From Hormiphora californensis (lineage: Eukaryota; Animalia; Ctenophora), in contig CM035351.1 of NCBI GenBank assembly GCA_020137815.1, positions 2,604,001-2,668,000 of the forward strand: a stretch of DNA of 64,000 nt, written 5' to 3'. Position 1 is the stretch's first letter. The number at the start of each line of letters is the position of its first letter. Shown in pieces: positions 59,034 through 64,000 of the stretch. The notes below the pieces were generated by a model. That model made no database searches. It was not told the origin of the DNA and was given only the letters and a program-made list of their open reading frames with translations. Both the position numbers and the translations under genes were made by a program.

Positions 59034-59131
59034 TCTCTCTCTGCTCACTCCTGAACTCAAGTGAGCAGTTGACTATCATTTCCACTCGCCTGAATCTCAC
59101 GTGAGAGAGATAGTGAGAGAAAGATAGTGAG

Positions 59132-59204
<73 letters not shown>

Positions 59205-59542
59205 AAGAGAGAGAAAACGAGAGAAAACGAGAGAGAAAACGAGAGAGAGAGTGACTTTTGAGTGGAGAGAAACACTATAGAGGATTGAGTGCATGCAGTA
59301 GTACCAGCGTCCTGATTAGATTAGAAAATCTTGTTTTGAACACGAGAACTGCTTGTACAGCTCTTTTACCCGAGATTCGATCCCCCCGGCTTGTTATTTA
59401 CTACACTTTTAGTTATAATGATAATTTTGAATTAGCTATTAGCTGCTGTGATTGATTAATTAATTACTACTACTACGATAGAAAATACCGGGATTACTAG
59501 TGCGACCACTATAATTGATTACCAAGCTACTACCAGGCGCTA

Positions 59543-61036
59543 ATGATTGATAACAGTACTGCTTTGTTTATTTACAAGGTGAGTAGGTAGAATTTAATTT
59601 TAATCACTCTCTACAGAACCTCTAGCTCTTCACTGTTCACTGTTCACTGTTCACTGTTCACTGAACAGTGAACAGCAAACCCCTACCCCAAACGTTTCCC
59701 ACCTCTTTGAACACCCTCTCGTAGACGCGGCGTCTCTAAACACCCCTCCCCCAGACGCATTAGCTCTCCAATAACCACACCATCCCCTCTTTGAACCCTC
59801 AACCCTCTCTTTGAACCCTCAACCCTCTCTTTGAACCCTCAACCCTCTCTTTGAACCCTCAACCCTCTCTTTGAACCCTCTCTTTGAACCCTCTCTTTGA
59901 ACCCTCAACCCTCTCTTTGAACCCTCAACCCTCTCTTTGAACCCTCAACCCTCTCTTTGATCCCTCTCTTTGAACCCTCAACCCTCTCTTTGAACCCTCA
60001 ACCCTCTCTTTGAACCCTCAACCCTCTCTTTGAACCCTCAACCCTCTCTTTGAACCCTCTCTTTGAACCCTCTCTTTGAACCGTCAACCCTCTCTTTAAA
60101 CCCTCTCTTTGAACCTTCAACCCTCTCTTTGAACCCTCTCTTTAAACCCTCAACCCTCTCTTTGAACCCTCACCCCTCTCTTTGAACCTTCAACCCTCTC
60201 TTTGAACCCTCTCTTTGAACCCCCTCTTTGAATTTTCGACCTTTCCTCAGACGCGGCCTCTTCAGTACGCTCTGATAGTGTTCCTGGTGATAATAGATAT
60301 CGCTATCATACTGCTCAATGCTCTATCTATATTCTTTCTAAAGGTACAGCTTTCTGTTTCCAGCTTTTTAGGGGAATAAGTGAAGAGCTTTTTACTTGCC
60401 AGTAATGCAAAGGAACATTTAGGCAATCGAACGAAAACAACTATTACTTAACCATGCCCCTAACAAAACTAACTATTTCCCTAACAAAAATCTACCTTCC
60501 AGCAACACAAGTCCATCAGTATGAGGCTGCTCCTCCTTCTGGCATGCTCAGATCTGGCGGTGGGGTTGGTCGTTCTGCCCATGAGACTGTCTACTGTGGC
60601 CACAATGGGCGAACTGCTGGGCATGTGGCCCCTCGCATCCACATGGACCTGTAAGTACACCGGGTGATAGGGGTTAGTGGACTGGGGAGATACTAGGATA
60701 GTTGGCTGTAAGTACCAGAGTTAGAGGGTTAGTGAGCTGGGGAGATAGGGATAGTGGGGCTAGAGAGCTGGTTTAGTTAGCTGTGACTAATGGAGATCGA
60801 GTTCGCGAACGTTCTGAGCTTGGTGTAGTATAGTTGCGAGACAGTACATTGGATGAGACTGGGGTGATGTGTAATTGTATGTGATTTGTTTGGTATAGAA
60901 CCTACTAAACTTTACCTTTCCCCCCATGTCTAGGTAAGCTGTACGGAGGATCAATGGGATTTCTAATTCGAGTCAGCATGTTTGTTGTTGTTGCTATAGC
61001 AACGGACAGAAGTATCGCAATCACCGTCCCATTAAA
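59543..61036 (+). CDS. Class A (rhodopsin-like) GPCR, N-terminus to TM3 only (exons 59543-59578, 60251-60343, 60503-60650, 60934-61036)
   Basis: Spliced: MIDNSTALFIYK|TRPLQYALIVFLVIIDIAIILLNALSIFFLK|QHKSISMRLLLLLACSDLAVGLVVLP...WPLASTWT|CKLYGG...VAIATDRSIAITVPL. Shows TM1 Asn, LAxxD, ECL1 Trp, TM3 Cys and DRS; exon phases are consistent. Confidence 0.88.
59786..60232. repeat. 13/20-bp pyrimidine-rich minisatellite ending just before the GPCR exon 2 acceptor
   Basis: Units ctctctttgaacc(ctcaacc). Confidence 0.93.
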
Positions 61037-61200
61037 GTGAGTATGCTTGTTGGGTAGACAAGAGTAGGCAGCAGTTGATCTTCTAAACCATCACAGAGCG
61101 ACACTACTGACAGTAGTGTGAGTCACACATGAACGTCTCATGAACATCTCATGAGCATCTCATTGCATCTTCATCAGAAGAAAATTATCCTGGTGATATA

Positions 61201-61284
61201 CTGTCAGGCCAATGCTCTGACCACAGTTCTCGCGCGCTCCGCTTTGAGAGAAATGAGAATAGGGTCAGGCCAATGCTCTGACAG
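61201..61284. mobile_element. 84-bp element bounded by two direct copies of the palindromic TCAGGCCAATGCTCTGA unit
   Basis: Termini CTGTCAG...CTGACAG; perfect 8-bp TSD GTGATATA (61193-61200 / 61285-61292). Confidence 0.82.
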
Positions 61285-61945
61285 GTGATATATGTTGTTG
61301 AGGGGTCAGTTTCTTCACAAGCTCTGTGGGGGAAGCAAAGCAGCAGTGAATTTTCTTAGAACCCATCTCTTGGAATATATGTTCATTCATTACATGGCAT
61401 ATGAATCGATCAGTGGCCGTCTCCTCTGTAGGACGAGGAGAATATGTTCATTATGCTATTCATTATTCGTATAAAAAAGAAGGGATAGAGTACTTGAATC
61501 ACAGCATTTAATGATATGCTGTGCGAGCTTGTCCGTGGTTTTATGCGACTCAAGTTTGAGCGGTCCTCCTAAGTAATTAAAACATTAGTATTTTTATTTG
61601 TGAGGATCACTCAAACCAGCTACCGGAGATGAAAAAACAATAATCTCATAAAAAATATCATTACATGTAACGAGATTTTTATGAGATTTTTTGAGGTTAT
61701 TATTTTTCCAATATTATTCATCTACGTCAGCTGGTCCAGCTTGAAAGAGAGCTGCATCGCATCCAAGTTTATTTCTATGAGAGAAATGACCTGATTTGTT
61801 GCTATCCTAATGACAGAGAGAGAGGTGTGCCCCCTATCTCCACGTTGCACCACATGGGACACCAGCACACAATCAAATAATCCCGATTTAAAGAGGGAGG
61901 TAGATGAATCCACCCACACCACATTTTACCCTCCCCTCCATCACG

Positions 61946-62711
61946 ATGTTGTTACTCTTGTTTGCAACCCTCGCCCTGGCAAGTCAACGCCGAGCTGTAC
62001 ACTCTTGAGGTCTACACAGCCAACAGGGATTGGGCTGATACAGACAGCACCATATACGTTAGTATAATCGGGTCCAAGGGGGAGTCCACTGGGCACAAGT
62101 TGGATAAATCCTGGTACAATGACTTCCAAAAAGGGAAGATTGACACGTATAGTGTTCACGTTGATGAAAACATTGGAAATTTGAAGTGCATCCGGTTCAC
62201 AACGGCTGACTTTGACGCCTGGCTGGTTGAGAAGGTGATAGTTACTCCAGAGGGAGACAAGGACTACTATTTATACAATGTCGATGGAACCCTGCTGTCC
62301 TCTGACCCTAATGATAACGCCGAAAGCTCCTTAAAACTGTGCAGTCAAGGAGCAGAAACCTACTACATCACTACCAAGACCTCAACAGAGAATAACGCGT
62401 GGAGCGATAACATCTGGGTTAGGATGACGATAACTGGCCAGAAAGGCAGCACACAGACGGGGTACCTGGATAACCGGGGCAGTAACGACTTCATGAAGGG
62501 TGAAGAGGACACTTTCGTCTTCCCGGGGATGAAGTTTGTCGGCAAGGTAAAGTGTATCAAGTTGGAAGTCGAGGGGGACGATATGTGGAAGTTTGACTAC
62601 ATTGAGATTCATTGTGATCGGTACAGGAGCCCCTTTTTCTTCCACAACGAGAAGAACTTGTGGTTATCCAGCAATGTGCAGGAGGGAGAGAACTCCATCA
62701 AGATTTGTTAA
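61946..62711 (+). CDS. Secreted protein with two PLAT/LH2 domains, intronless CDS
   Basis: Signal MLLLLFATLALA (frameshift near 61983, probably an error), then YTLEVYT...ADTDSTIYVSIIGSKG...NDFQKGKIDTY...DAWLVEKV and a second repeat YYITTKT...ITGQKG...NDFMKGEEDTF...DMWKFDYI. Confidence 0.85.
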
Positions 62712-63623
62712 TATACTATCGGACAATAACTAGCCACGTTAATTATGAGAATCTCTAGTCGAGTTTTTTAGTCGGGATTTGCATGAAGAGTCCATGATTG
62801 TGTCCATTACAACTTTAATTTCAAACAAAAATTAGTGCGTTTTTCTAAAAGATGTCCTCTGCTTGGTGGTAGACTCACGTGTAAAATAATATACGCCATG
62901 TGTCCACGGGAGGATTGCACGAGCCACATGGGATCATGTGCTGTAAAATCGGGGCAGATATGTGGAGGGACCATTGTCTTCATAGAATGAAAATTTTCTA
63001 TGAATCAGGCCCGGGAGTTTTTGTAAACCCCCGATCAGTTTCACATCCCTTTCTAAATCAATAAAATCTTCATATTGGTTGGGATCGAATCGGTGGTTTA
63101 CTGGTGTGGCTGGATAAAGGGGCGTGACGTGCCTAATTCAGTGGTCCCTGTCTCACAATAAATCAAGTTCCGGGGCTTCGGTGATAAGTAAAAGCTCACA
63201 ACTACCTATAATAGCTCAGGACACTTCGCAAGACGAGAAAGCAAAGTAACGGTTAAAAGGCTACACTGCCCCATACACCCTGTGAGATTTATAGCACAGC
63301 AACTAGAGCTGGGAGGGACACGTCAAAGTACAGCTGTTTTCGTGCTGAGAATACTATTCTGAATAGTGACAGTGTTAGGCCAATGCTTTGACGGGGTGTC
63401 CGGATCATCCTTTCAAAATAGTACCACCAGAGTTCCGAGGAAGGATCGTATCATCCTTCTCCAACTATAACAGTTAGAGAGAATCTTTAGTTTAATTTTC
63501 AGTTTGTTTACATAAAATCGTGTTCGGACATATATACCTACAGGATTTTCTGTGTGCAAGGGCTGTAACTCAATTTTCTAACCCCCCCGTTACGTTGCAA
63601 ACCGGATAACGGAAAGTTGAAAA

Positions 63624-64000
63624 ATGATCTCTCTTCTGTTGTTTGCAGGCCTTGTCTGTGCAGGTCACGGCCTAAACTTTAAAGTTGATGTCTTCACGAG
63701 CAATGTGGAGAGTGCAGGAACTGACGCAGACATCTTCCTGTCTCTGGTCGGAACACGGGGAAGGAGCGTTGAGAAAAAATTGGACAGAGGACTCCGAAAC
63801 GATCTGGAGAGGAATTCCCATAATGACTTCTATCTGAAGGAGGTGACAGGTTTGGGAACATTGAAGTGCATTCATCTGAGGACCACATCTGGCGACTCCT
63901 GGAGACCTCAGCGCATTGTTTTAACCGATACGGATTCAGCGGAGCAGTGGTTTTTCTACAACGCTCTAGGAACCTTGATGTCTAATGACCCAAACGATGG
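63624..64000 (+). CDS. Second secreted PLAT-domain paralogue, runs off the window end
   Basis: MISLLLFAGLVCAGHG LNFKVDVFTSNVESAGTDADIFLSLVGTRG...NDLERNS...LKCI...DSWRPQRIV...FYNALGTLMSNDPND, which parallels YLYNVDGTLLSSDPND of the first gene. Confidence 0.85.
   Translation, partial: MISLLLFAGLVCAGHGLNFKVDVFTSNVESAGTDADIFLSLVGTRGRSVEKKLDRGLRNDLERNSHNDFYLKEVTGLGTLKCIHLRTTSGDSWRPQRIVLTDTDSAEQWFFYNALGTLMSNDPND

Overview
Gene-dense eukaryotic (invertebrate animal-like) genomic DNA with GT-AG introns, from an assembly with many uncorrected indels. A ctenophore-like origin is plausible but not provable here. Genes from left to right: 3' part of HECTD4 (+); CSK (-) with a secreted pentraxin-domain gene nested antisense in one intron; a fungal/bacterial-type 2OG-Fe(II) oxygenase (-); makorin, PHAF1 and TIM17 (all +); GCN1 and NUDT21 (-); an unrecognised multi-exon gene (-); a calmodulin-like EF-hand gene inside an ~8 kb tandem duplication whose second copy is error-ridden; and the TM1-TM3 part of a class A GPCR (+) followed by two secreted PLAT-domain genes (+). 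The non-coding DNA holds many non-autonomous DNA elements: three 0.9-1.3 kb foldback palindromes with TSDs and a tandem multi-hairpin element. The most notable observation is a set of hairpin-ended elements with 8-10 bp TSDs that occur both full length (84-576 bp) and as collapsed single-hairpin forms (23, 58, 90 bp) still carrying TSDs, like solo-LTRs of a DNA transposon. Two other recurring patterns are tandem amplification of 3' splice acceptors and acceptors directly upstream of start codons in tightly packed same-strand genes (possible trans-splicing/operons). No rRNA, tRNA, CRISPR or transposase gene was recognised.
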